Shown one piece after another: positions 39,692 through 48,828 of a DNA stretch of 64,000 bases. The notes under the pieces were generated by a model. The model made no database searches. It saw only the letters and a program-made list of their open reading frames with translations, and was not told where the DNA came from. This stretch comes from Patescibacteria group bacterium UBA2773 (GTDB taxonomy: Bacteria > Patescibacteriota > Minisyncoccia > Moranbacterales > DUUL01): contig DEIN01000003.1 of NCBI GenBank assembly GCA_002352465.1, forward strand, positions 88,933 through 152,932. Reading direction: 5' to 3'. Within the stretch, counting starts at the first letter, position 1. Each line of letters begins with the position of its first letter. A program made the position numbers and the translations under genes.

Positions 39692-39709
39692 ACTTACCGA
39701 TCGGTAAGT
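39692..39709. promoter_or_regulatory. Perfect 18-bp palindrome ACTTACCGATCGGTAAGT; candidate TetR operator
   Basis: Located 63 bp upstream of the tetR-family start codon in the tetR/fic divergent region. Confidence 0.5.
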
Positions 39710-40032
39710 TATTTTAGTATACCGGAGTGCAAATTTTTGTCAAGTAATGCAACACTATCATTCTGCTCTCAACTCGACTCAAAAAACTCATGCTTAAGCA
39801 TAGAAAAGATACATTGAATATCAAACAACATTATTATAATCAAGATTTATTAAGAATTCCCATAACTAAAGTTCCCAAGCACATCCACCAGGGGGGGAGC
39901 AAACGAAAAAATCACTTTCTTTATTTAGACAGTGATTTTTTTAATACTCTAAATCAAATTTTGAATTTATATTAACGATTTTTCTTAATATGGTATAATG
40001 CAAAGAATAATCTAAACCATATTAAGAAATTT

Positions 40033-40437
40033 ATGCAATATCTAAACAAAAAACTTCAAATAAGGATCGATGGGAAGCTAAAAAAACTTAACTCATTCCG
40101 TCCGCTTCCAGTTTCTGCTGTTAAAAAACTTAAAGAACAATTTGAAATAGAGATGACTTACAATTCCAATGCCATCGAAGGCAATAGTCTAACCCTAGAA
40201 GAAACCTATTTAGTAATAAATGAAGGACTAACCATAAAAGGAAAATCTCTCAAAGATCATCTTGAGGCAAAAAACCATCAAGAAGCCTTGGAATATTTAT
40301 ATGACCTAACTGAATTTAATAAAAAAAATACTCTTTCAGAAAATTTAATCAAATCGCTTAATCAAATAATTCAGCAAAGCATTGATGGTGTATTGAACCT
40401 TCCAGGAAGATGTTTCTTTCAGATAAATATTTTGTAA
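40033..40437 (+). pseudogene. fic: Truncated Fic/Doc-family gene (N-terminal region only)
   Basis: 134 aa containing 'MTYNSNAIEGNSLTLEETYLVINEG', the conserved Fic N-terminal block. The catalytic HPFx[DE]GNGR motif is absent and no frame continues it. Promoter with extended -10 'tggtataat' at 39991-39999, flanked by an 11-bp inverted repeat (39984-39994 / 40016-40026). Confidence 0.55.
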
Positions 40438-40567
40438 ATTTTGACGATTTTCATTTTACCCCAACAAATATGTTTTTTCTTAATTTTACAATTCTTTGTT
40501 CTTCAAGCTGAGTTATTTCCTTTCTTCTTGTCCGAAGTGGCACTTTTGATTTATCTTCCAATCGGCA

Positions 40568-40624
40568 AAGACTGGCTACTTCGATTAGATTTAAACCAGC
40601 CCAATCACAAGTTTGATCGATGAT
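40568..40624. repeat. 57-bp exact copy (degenerate to ~40650) of the 3' coding end of the GT-C glycosyltransferase gene
   Basis: Identical to 41557-41613. With the partner, it brackets the PEP-CTERM gene. Confidence 0.8.
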
Positions 40625-40773
40625 GATATCTTCTTTTAAGGCTTTAATTTAAATTACTTTTTTGAATTAAAGATATATTTTATCTAAAAAAAATCCAAAT
40701 TAAAATATTAAAAAAATCCTTCAGTTTTTAAAAAACTGAAGGATCTACTCTACTCAAATATTATCAAGCAGAA

Positions 40774-41304
40774 TTATTTTTTTAGAAAAGTTTTTTTCCT
40801 TCCTAGTGAGGCTACCCCCAATAGTCCGGCTCCAAACAAAAGCAATGTAGCTGGCTCTGGCACTGGAGAATGTCCAACCCTTTTCAGATCAGCCTGATAA
40901 AGATTAGTCGCAGTTGAGAGTAAAGGTCTTACATTCTCAATATTCCATTGCTTATTACCAATATGTTCTAACGTCGCTGCATCAACAATAACACCATCTA
41001 AAAAAGCAAAGAAATCTAATGTAAATAAAGAATCATCAGTAAAACCAAGCTGAAAATTCATGTTTGCAGTTTCTGGACCAGAGGCTGAAATGTAGTCAAC
41101 GGTATCAACGTCAGTGGCCCAACCTGAGGTTGTATACCCGCTAGAACCACTAAAGAATACCAATCCAGGCTCCATGAAAATATCCAACTGATCAAAATTA
41201 CCTACTCCAACTTCCTTAAACGTCTGCGACCAAGGTGAAGCCGTTGCATTCGAAACCAATACTAACATTACGATCGTAAAAAGAACTACTAAACTTTTTT
41301 TCAT
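40774..41304 (-). CDS. PEP-CTERM sorting-signal protein
   Basis: 176 aa with an N-terminal signal peptide and C-terminal 'VPEPATLLLFGAGLLGVASLGRKK' (PEP motif + TM + basic tail). Confidence 0.75.
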   Translation of the reverse strand: MKKSLVVLFTIVMLVLVSNATASPWSQTFKEVGVGNFDQLDIFMEPGLVFFSGSSGYTTSGWATDVDTVDYISASGPETANMNFQLGFTDDSLFTLDFFAFLDGVIVDAATLEHIGNKQWNIENVRPLLSTATNLYQADLKRVGHSPVPEPATLLLFGAGLLGVASLGRKKTFLKK

Positions 41305-41526
41305 TTTTACTTCCTCTCTCTATAAAAATTAACTAAAAAATAGACCCTGTAACTCATTTACAGGGCCAAATTACTATAGCAGATAAAAAGTTATTGTCAA
41401 GAGAACCTTCAGCTTTAAAAAGACAAAACTGTCTACTATGTCAATCGGAAAAATTAAAAAATATAAAATTTCCTCTCGAAGAAAATCTTCTTAACTTTTA
41501 ACTTCTATTTATCTTAATAGCTAACT

Positions 41527-42978
41527 TTATTTTTCTCGACAAATTTTTAAGTCTTTAAGACTGGCTACTTCGATTAGATTTAAACCAGCCCAATCACAAG
41601 TTTGATCGATGATAATATAGTTTTTCAAAGCTTGAATTTCCGCAATAGTTTGCAAGCGATTTTCGTTACCAACCACCACCCAACCAGAAAAATCTTCGGT
41701 GGGGTTAGCTTTGTGATGATATTTTAATTTTCCTAAACCAAGATAATAACGCATTGTAGTGTAATCGAAAGGACTGGTTGTAATAACATAATCATTTTCA
41801 ATAGAATTATTTTTTATTAGCTGACTAACTTGATACCACTGAGAATTATAAGCAATTGGCTTTAAGATTATTATTAAAAAAATAAAAACGATAAAAACCA
41901 CAAGCCACGCCCAAGCTTTTTTAAACATCGTCACTGTTATTCCAGCTAGAAGCAAATAAATCATTATGGCTGCTGGCATAAAATAACGAGAAACATAAAG
42001 CTTTAAATTAAAATGAGATAAAACAATCAAAAAAACTAAAGTTCCAAAAGAGAGTGCACTCAGGACAAAGAATTCTTCTCTTTTTATTTTCTTCTTCCAA
42101 GCAATTACTAACAAAATTATTGTAATTATTAAAATCAAAAGTCCAGCCGAACTTGCATCAAAAAAATATTTGAATTCATTGGCAGTCGGAACTCCGCCCG
42201 TACCCAACGGATGACCAAACAAAAATATTTGCAAAGTTTTCGGGATATCGCTTAAATAAGAGACTCCAATCCAACCCAAATTTCCGCCAGAAATATGAGA
42301 GATAAAATAGGGCAACCAACTAGCAAAAAAAACTGCGATAGTCCCCGTCCCTATCCAAAAATTCTTGGGCAACAAAATCGCTTTATAAAAAGACTTTTTA
42401 TGAAAATTATATTCATAAAAAACCGCCGTCCAAAAGAAAACAATAAAAAAGAACAAGGATAAATAATGAGTATAAAAAGCTAATCCACCAAAAATACCCC
42501 ACCAAATCCAATCTCGCCGTTCATTATATTTCAAAGCTCGATAGAAAAACCAAGTCGCCCAAATCATCAACAAACCAAATAAAGAATACATTCGAGCTTC
42601 TTGAGAATATTGGACAGCAAAAGGCGAAACAGCGGTTATCGAAGCCGCCAAAAGCCCACTTTTTTCGTTAAACATTCTTTTTCCGATCCAATAAACTGAA
42701 AAAATGGTCAAAATTCCCATCAAAGTTGAAAAAAATCGAATTCCGAAAGAAGAATAATCAAAAACAGAAGCCCAAGGTTTAAGTAACCAATAATACAAAG
42801 GCGGATGAACATCATCAAAAATCATTTGATTCATTTCGCCCCAAGGTTGTTTGATTAAAATTCCAGTAAAAGCCTCGTCATACCAAAAATCTCGTTGTTC
42901 TAAAACTGGACCCAACCTTAAAATTAATCCAGTTAAAACAATAACAGCTAAAAGCAATCCCAATATTGTTTTTTTCAT
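41527..42978 (-). CDS. GT-C fold glycosyltransferase (ArnT/PMT, GT39/83-like)
   Basis: 483 aa polytopic membrane protein with a 'WYDEAF' DE-motif in the first loop. Confidence 0.7.
   Translation of the reverse strand: MKKTILGLLLAVIVLTGLILRLGPVLEQRDFWYDEAFTGILIKQPWGEMNQMIFDDVHPPLYYWLLKPWASVFDYSSFGIRFFSTLMGILTIFSVYWIGKRMFNEKSGLLAASITAVSPFAVQYSQEARMYSLFGLLMIWATWFFYRALKYNERRDWIWWGIFGGLAFYTHYLSLFFFIVFFWTAVFYEYNFHKKSFYKAILLPKNFWIGTGTIAVFFASWLPYFISHISGGNLGWIGVSYLSDIPKTLQIFLFGHPLGTGGVPTANEFKYFFDASSAGLLILIITIILLVIAWKKKIKREEFFVLSALSFGTLVFLIVLSHFNLKLYVSRYFMPAAIMIYLLLAGITVTMFKKAWAWLVVFIVFIFLIIILKPIAYNSQWYQVSQLIKNNSIENDYVITTSPFDYTTMRYYLGLGKLKYHHKANPTEDFSGWVVVGNENRLQTIAEIQALKNYIIIDQTCDWAGLNLIEVASLKDLKICREK
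41557..41613. repeat. Partner copy of the 57-bp direct repeat (the authentic 3' end of the glycosyltransferase ORF)
   Basis: See 40568-40624. Confidence 0.8.
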
Positions 42979-43114
42979 TTTTTGTTTTTTTATTAAAATT
43001 CCACGACTATAATTATCAAAGGAAAATATTCAACAACAATCAACTAATATTAATTTAATTATAATTTCAAATCAACAAAATGTATAGTCTAAATTTTAAA
43101 ATTATTTACTTTAA

Positions 43115-43957
43115 CTAATTTTCATCGTTGTTATTATCAACTTCAATTTCAACATCAGTATTGTAAATAGCTTTGCCTTCGATCCGCAAATCAATATAAT
43201 TCAATTTTTCCTTCTCTTTATTGCTCAAACTAGATTTTAAGATTTCTTTTAGAAGCTCTACTTGACTATCAATATCGTTCTCAATATTAAAATAAACTTG
43301 CCAACCATTTAAAGTTTCAAAACGAATTTCCTTAGAAATCAAAGATGAGGTTTCGATCCTTCGTTCTACATCTAACCCAATTTTTTCTTTTAGCAATTTT
43401 TTAATTTCAAATAAAGATGAAACTAACTGACCATCCTCTATTACCTGATTGTTTTTAACCTCCAAATTACTTTTATCAATTAAAACTGGATAATTTTTAA
43501 ATCGTTTTTCTCGTTCTCCTGCTTGAAGTTGATAAAAAAGCAAACCAGTTTCATCCATTAAAAAACATTTTTCACTACTACACCAGATTATTAGCCCCTC
43601 TCGTTCTTCAATTTTAACGACAATAACATTAGGAAATTTATTTTCAAAAATCACTTCTCTAATTATTTTAAATCGTTCTTTTAATGTCTCGGCAAAAATC
43701 TTTCGAGGAAACAGAAAAAAATTATTTTTAGAACCATACCGAAACCAAAATTCTGCTCTATATTCATTTGAAATATCTTCAACTATTCTTTTTTCCAATT
43801 TTTCGGTAATAATTTCTAAATTTTGCAACTCAGTATAAGAAGAACAAAACAAAACCCAAATACTAGAACCCAAAAAAATAAAGAACAAGAAAGCTAAAAA
43901 TAACCTTTTTAAGAAAATACCCCAAGATTTTTTTTTCTTTTTTTTTCTTTTAAACAT
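43115..43957 (-). CDS. FtsQ/DivIB-like cell-division protein (TM anchor + POTRA-like + beta domain)
   Basis: 280 aa. After the TM, '…FPNVIVVKIEEREGLIIW…FLMDETGLLF…' resembles the FtsQ POTRA/beta pattern. The gene begins with an A9-G-A9 tract encoding KKKKKK. Confidence 0.45.
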   Translation of the reverse strand: MFKRKKKKKKSWGIFLKRLFLAFLFFIFLGSSIWVLFCSSYTELQNLEIITEKLEKRIVEDISNEYRAEFWFRYGSKNNFFLFPRKIFAETLKERFKIIREVIFENKFPNVIVVKIEEREGLIIWCSSEKCFLMDETGLLFYQLQAGEREKRFKNYPVLIDKSNLEVKNNQVIEDGQLVSSLFEIKKLLKEKIGLDVERRIETSSLISKEIRFETLNGWQVYFNIENDIDSQVELLKEILKSSLSNKEKEKLNYIDLRIEGKAIYNTDVEIEVDNNNDEN

Positions 43958-43959
43958 TT

Positions 43960-44709
43960 CTATTTTTTACTCCTCATAATTTTTTTGATTTCCGCTGATA
44001 CTACTTTAGCGGCCACCAAAGAATGGATATTATGCAAACCAAACAATTCTGTTTTAATATGATCTTTTTTACCATCTAGTTCTAAATCAAAAGTTTGTCC
44101 ATCAGAATTTTCCTCGATATTCTTAATCTTTCCCGCTGATTCTTTGTTTTTACCATAAAAAATAACTGGAGCCTTAGAATATTTTTCGAGAGCTTTGACT
44201 CGATCATGATCAATATTCAAAATTACTTTGCCTTTTTTCGGAACAGAAAAAACCAAATGAGCCATTTCATCATCCATTAAACTTTTATTATCTGAAAAAT
44301 TCCGACTAAGATCTGAAATCACTACCAACAATGGACTAACTATTGAAAGTAAATATTTCATATCACCCTTTTTTTGAATTCCCATTTCTAAAATTAAAAT
44401 TCGAGGAAAATTTCTTTGAAAAAATGAAATGTAGGTACCAGCCAATAGAACATCAACCCATTTGAAAAGAGAGCAAAAACCAGAAGGCAAAAACAGAACT
44501 GCTAGAGGCAAGCCGATCTCAGTATTAAAACTTCTAGGATTTCCTCGAACACCTTTTTCATTTTTAAGTTCTGCTAAAATCTGATCTTTAATAAAAGTTT
44601 TATTAGTTGACCCAGCCACTGCTACTACCAAGGGATTATGTCGATGAATTATGATTTTAGTCAAAAATTTTAAGTACCGTTCAACTATGAATTTAAATAT
44701 TTTTTTCAT
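43960..44709 (-). CDS. Short, divergent Mur-ligase-family protein (central domain only)
   Basis: 249 aa. 'VAVAGSTNKT' is a degenerate GxNGKT P-loop and 'ILEMGIQKKGDM' resembles MurF 'LEMGANHxGEI'. The N- and C-terminal Mur domains are missing. Confidence 0.4.
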   Translation of the reverse strand: MKKIFKFIVERYLKFLTKIIIHRHNPLVVAVAGSTNKTFIKDQILAELKNEKGVRGNPRSFNTEIGLPLAVLFLPSGFCSLFKWVDVLLAGTYISFFQRNFPRILILEMGIQKKGDMKYLLSIVSPLLVVISDLSRNFSDNKSLMDDEMAHLVFSVPKKGKVILNIDHDRVKALEKYSKAPVIFYGKNKESAGKIKNIEENSDGQTFDLELDGKKDHIKTELFGLHNIHSLVAAKVVSAEIKKIMRSKK

Positions 44710-44745
44710 AAATATTTTAGCTTAAATTTATTTTAAAAATAAATA

Positions 44746-45990
44746 TTAAATTGTCTTCGTTCTTCCCAAGTCCTTTGAATCTCCATATTTTTTATCAAGA
44801 TGTTCTTTTATTCTAACCATTACTCTCAAAATATCATCTTCGGAACGCCCAAAACACATTCTCACATGATTTTCACCAACTTCTCCAAAAGCTTGTCCAG
44901 GCACAACTGCTACCTTAGCTTCATATAACAGTTCCAAAGACAATTTCCAAGATAATGATTTTTTTTGATAATCTTTCAAATCATATTTTTTATTTTCCGA
45001 TTTTTCTTCTAAAACTTTGATCAATTTTTTAGAAAATTTAGGAAAAATGAAATAAGAAGAAGATGGTTTTTTATAACTAAACCATTTTTTCATCCCATCT
45101 AAGTGGCTACAAATCAAATCCCGTCTGTCCTTAAATTTTTCTTTAAAATACTGTCGGTCTTCACTGGCCATCTCGATCGCTGCCAAAGCTCCCCATTGCG
45201 AAACCACCGGAGCACAGGTTATTAAAACATCATGCCGAGCCAATATTCTTTCCGCCAAAGTTTTATCCGTCGCCAAAAAACCTACTCGCCAACCAGTCAT
45301 CGAATAAGATTTAGAAAAAGAAAAAATATAAATTATTCTCTTTCTAAATTTATAGAAACGACCAATCGAATAAAAATCTTGATTATTATAAATAAAATCC
45401 CGATAAACCTCGTCTACTAAAATATAGATATTATGTTTCTCGGCAATTTCTAAAATTTTTATTAACTGATCTTTGGAATAAATTGTTCCCGTTGGATTAT
45501 TGGGATTGCAAAACAAAATCGCCTTGGTTTTTTTAGTCACTAATTTTTCCAGCTTATTTTCATCGAAAGACCATTTTTTGTCTTCACATAACGGAATAAA
45601 TTTAGGAATTCCTTTGGCATTTTTAATCGCTTCTTGGTAAGAAGTATAAGTTGGGTCTGGAATCAAAACTTCATCTCCATCCTCAACTATTGTTAATAAA
45701 GTCGCTGTCACAGCTTCTATCGCTCCAGCAGTAATAATTATTTCATTTTCAAAATCATAATGAATTCCTCGTTTAGCTAAATCCACTTCAATCGCCTCTC
45801 GCAACTCCATAATTCCTGGTGATAGTGAATATTTCGAAGCATCTCCCGCTTGAATATGTTCAATAGCACAACGTTTGATGCACTCTGGAGTATCAAAATC
45901 CGCTACTCCTTGAGCCAATGAAACTGCTCCATAAACCCTAGAAGTTCTAATCTCCATCTCTTTAATCGGAGATAAAATCAATTCAGTCAT
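44746..45990 (-). CDS. Class I/II PLP-dependent aminotransferase
   Basis: 414 aa. 'FSFSKSYSMTGWRVGF' PLP-lysine region and 'NPNNPTG' motif. Confidence 0.8.
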   Translation of the reverse strand: MTELILSPIKEMEIRTSRVYGAVSLAQGVADFDTPECIKRCAIEHIQAGDASKYSLSPGIMELREAIEVDLAKRGIHYDFENEIIITAGAIEAVTATLLTIVEDGDEVLIPDPTYTSYQEAIKNAKGIPKFIPLCEDKKWSFDENKLEKLVTKKTKAILFCNPNNPTGTIYSKDQLIKILEIAEKHNIYILVDEVYRDFIYNNQDFYSIGRFYKFRKRIIYIFSFSKSYSMTGWRVGFLATDKTLAERILARHDVLITCAPVVSQWGALAAIEMASEDRQYFKEKFKDRRDLICSHLDGMKKWFSYKKPSSSYFIFPKFSKKLIKVLEEKSENKKYDLKDYQKKSLSWKLSLELLYEAKVAVVPGQAFGEVGENHVRMCFGRSEDDILRVMVRIKEHLDKKYGDSKDLGRTKTI

Positions 45991-46050
45991 ATAAATAGCT
46001 AGATTATTTTTAATAAAATTATTTTCAAAATTTAAACCAAAATTCAGAAC

Positions 46051-48828
46051 TTATTTCAAGACCACCCCTAAAAATCGATCTCGTTCTAAATTAGAATTAT
46101 ATTCCAATAAACCATTTTTCGCTTGTAATTCATCTGGATATTGCCAAAAAACCTCTTGTTCATCAGCTATTTTCAATTTTGTTTTCAAAACCGAAGTATT
46201 CATTCCAGACTGTTTTTGATATAAAACCGAGTAAGTATCCATTTTACCTCGTTCTAAATTTAAATCAAGTTTAAAAGGTAGTTTATACCGATAAGAAACT
46301 CGGACCTTCTCTTGAGGCGAAACATATACCCAATTAGCAAAAACTGTTTTCCCCTGTTCTTCCCAAATTTCTGTGCCGCTTTCTTTGTCAATTCTAATTG
46401 ATTTTTCTAATGCAACCACCTGCTCGTCCCGGTCAAAACCCAACTTATCATAATTCACCGGCGCATCAACTGTTTCTCGCGTAGAACCTTCTGCCGAAAG
46501 AAACTCACTTCCCTCAGGCACATAAACTCTCATATAATTCGCGTTAACTTTGTTCCACCATTCGTAAGAAGAACTACCCCCATTATGGGTTCTTTCAATC
46601 ACCACCGTATCAACCACCGAACCATCTTCCTCTATTTCAATTTGATGATTAATTTCTTGATCAATTACTCCATCTGTTTTATAACCATTAATATTAGAAT
46701 TAATCACCATTAAATAATCTTTAGAAGTGTCTAAAATTTCCCCCGACCAACCCAAATCAGAAATCAAAGACTGAATTTCTGAATTTTCTGAATAAAGCAA
46801 AATATGTTTTTCTGCTAAAGCTTCCGATAGAATTTGCAAAGTTTTTGGGAAATTATTCAAACCCTCTTTCGAAAAAACTTGCTCTAAAATCTTAGGAGTC
46901 AAATCAGCAATAAATTTTTTAGGCCGATTTTCTGTTTTATCATAGTCTTCTTCTACTTCAAATTGAGTAGCTTCAACAAAATTTTTCGAATCAACCGTGA
47001 CGCCATATTCAATCATTTCAATTGGCCCGGTAATTGTCAATAATTTTTCCATTACTGTAGGAGTGAGAGTAATAATTCCGTCAACAGTTGGCCCACCGGT
47101 TTTTTCGTAAAACCAAGCTATTTTTTCGGCTGAAGTTGGAAAATCAGGGAACCAATTAGCGTCATGGGTCGACCAATTAGTTGAAATTTTTTGGATTGGA
47201 CGAGGAGGCACCACTCGAGCCGATAACTGTCCGTCTGGATTAAAAATACCATCTATAAAAAGATTTTTGACATTTCCATTGTGAACATCCAGAACCCCAT
47301 AACTTCCGATAAAACCTCCCGTTGCTCGAAGTTCATGATTATTTTGAAATAAAAATAAATATTTCCGAGGACCACCATATCCCAACAAATCTCGAAAAAT
47401 AACTTGCTTCTGATTAAATTCAGTCAATAAACTCAAACCTTTGGGAAAATTTTCCTTCAAAGTCGCCACCCTCATTTGATATTCTTTTGGCAAATCAGCT
47501 ATGTCAACCGCTTCTAAGCTTTTTTGAGCCAATTTAAAATGATTTTCCGCTGAAATCAATTTTTTCTCCAAGCTCAAAAAGAAAACTCCCAAAGAAAAGT
47601 CTTGATTTTTTTCAAAATTCAATGGCTTTTCAATTTCAGAAAATTCTTCCGCTGATTGACTGATCAAAACCATCGCTTGGGCAATTTCGTTTCCAGCTTC
47701 CAAGACCTTCTTAGCGCTTCCGTAACGATCGACAAATGGCAATTTACTAATTATTTCCGGCAATCCTCCTTCCATTTGTTCCAAATCTTCATTAATAGAT
47801 CCGACTTCTTTTTGAATTTTTTGAAAATTAGAAACTATTTGAGAAAAATTTTTATCCTGAAAACTACTTTTAGCTTTTTCCAAGTCAGCCACTACGCTAG
47901 CCCCTTTAACAACCACCTGATCTTTTATTTGTATTCCATAGAAAAAAAATCGCAAAGAAAACATCACCATAAAAATGGCCAAACAACTCCCAGAAAAAGC
48001 CAAAGCCGGCTTCAAAAAGCCAAATCTTCCACTCAAATTGGTCGGTTTAGCCAAAAGATTTTGCTTAATTTGATTTATTTTTCGTTCTCTGCTTATCTTT
48101 CTTTTTAATCTCTCCTTAATTACTATCCCCCTTTTTTTATCTTTAATTAAAAACTTTTCTCTTCTTGCTTCTTCTTCTAATCGATATTTTAATTCAATTT
48201 CTCTTTGTTTTTGAATCTGAATTCTTTTCTTATTTTCTATTTGTTCTAATTGCAAAATTGACTCTTGCTTCAATTGCTCTTGCAAACTCTTTTCTTGAAC
48301 ATTTTTTTTCAATTCAAGCTCTTTACATTTTCGCTCTTCAATAATTCGCTCAAACGCTTTTTTCTGTAATTGTAAAAATTTCTCCGTTTCAAGCTGTTTC
48401 TGTCGTTTCAACTCTTCCGCTAAAGCCTTTTTCTCTACTTCTTCTTTCTCTAATTGAAATAATTTTTGAGCTTCAATTTTTTCTCGCTGTTTTTTTTCCA
48501 GATATTCTCTGCTAAATTTTTCCGAAACAATTTTAACTGGAATTTCTTCCTTGATAAAACTACGATTAAAATTAATACTGTTAAAAGAACAGGCTTCTTT
48601 TTTAATTTCCAATTCTCTGTTTTTTTGTGCTATTTTTTGCTCCTCTATTTTTAATAACTCCAAGTCCTCGTCTTCCCTTAATGCCTCTATTAAAAAACTT
48701 TCGTGCTCTGCTTGACTATCTTTTTTTAATTTTTCATTATTTTTGCCAAAACTAAAACCCCCCGAAAATCCATTCGGCTTGATATCAGACATTAATGGTT
48801 TTTGTTTGTTTTTTTTATTTTGAAACAC
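46051..48828 (-). CDS. DUF4012-family surface protein with a ~260-aa cytoplasmic E/K/Q-rich coiled coil and a single TM
   Basis: 925 aa. The C-terminal ~600 aa are paralogous to 51870-53306 ('…FPDFPTSAEK…GGPTVDGIITLTP…ITGPIEM'). Confidence 0.5.
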   Translation of the reverse strand: MFQNKKNKQKPLMSDIKPNGFSGGFSFGKNNEKLKKDSQAEHESFLIEALREDEDLELLKIEEQKIAQKNRELEIKKEACSFNSINFNRSFIKEEIPVKIVSEKFSREYLEKKQREKIEAQKLFQLEKEEVEKKALAEELKRQKQLETEKFLQLQKKAFERIIEERKCKELELKKNVQEKSLQEQLKQESILQLEQIENKKRIQIQKQREIELKYRLEEEARREKFLIKDKKRGIVIKERLKRKISRERKINQIKQNLLAKPTNLSGRFGFLKPALAFSGSCLAIFMVMFSLRFFFYGIQIKDQVVVKGASVVADLEKAKSSFQDKNFSQIVSNFQKIQKEVGSINEDLEQMEGGLPEIISKLPFVDRYGSAKKVLEAGNEIAQAMVLISQSAEEFSEIEKPLNFEKNQDFSLGVFFLSLEKKLISAENHFKLAQKSLEAVDIADLPKEYQMRVATLKENFPKGLSLLTEFNQKQVIFRDLLGYGGPRKYLFLFQNNHELRATGGFIGSYGVLDVHNGNVKNLFIDGIFNPDGQLSARVVPPRPIQKISTNWSTHDANWFPDFPTSAEKIAWFYEKTGGPTVDGIITLTPTVMEKLLTITGPIEMIEYGVTVDSKNFVEATQFEVEEDYDKTENRPKKFIADLTPKILEQVFSKEGLNNFPKTLQILSEALAEKHILLYSENSEIQSLISDLGWSGEILDTSKDYLMVINSNINGYKTDGVIDQEINHQIEIEEDGSVVDTVVIERTHNGGSSSYEWWNKVNANYMRVYVPEGSEFLSAEGSTRETVDAPVNYDKLGFDRDEQVVALEKSIRIDKESGTEIWEEQGKTVFANWVYVSPQEKVRVSYRYKLPFKLDLNLERGKMDTYSVLYQKQSGMNTSVLKTKLKIADEQEVFWQYPDELQAKNGLLEYNSNLERDRFLGVVLK

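Noticed and set aside
39790-39975. 61-aa ORF in the tetR-fic intergenic region
   Set aside because: It overlaps several regulatory palindromes and a G7 tract. Basic low-complexity translation. More likely non-coding control DNA.
40441-40623. 60-aa ORF downstream of the fic fragment
   Set aside because: Its 3' half is the reverse complement of the duplicated glycosyltransferase 3' end, so it is a by-product of the repeat, not a gene.
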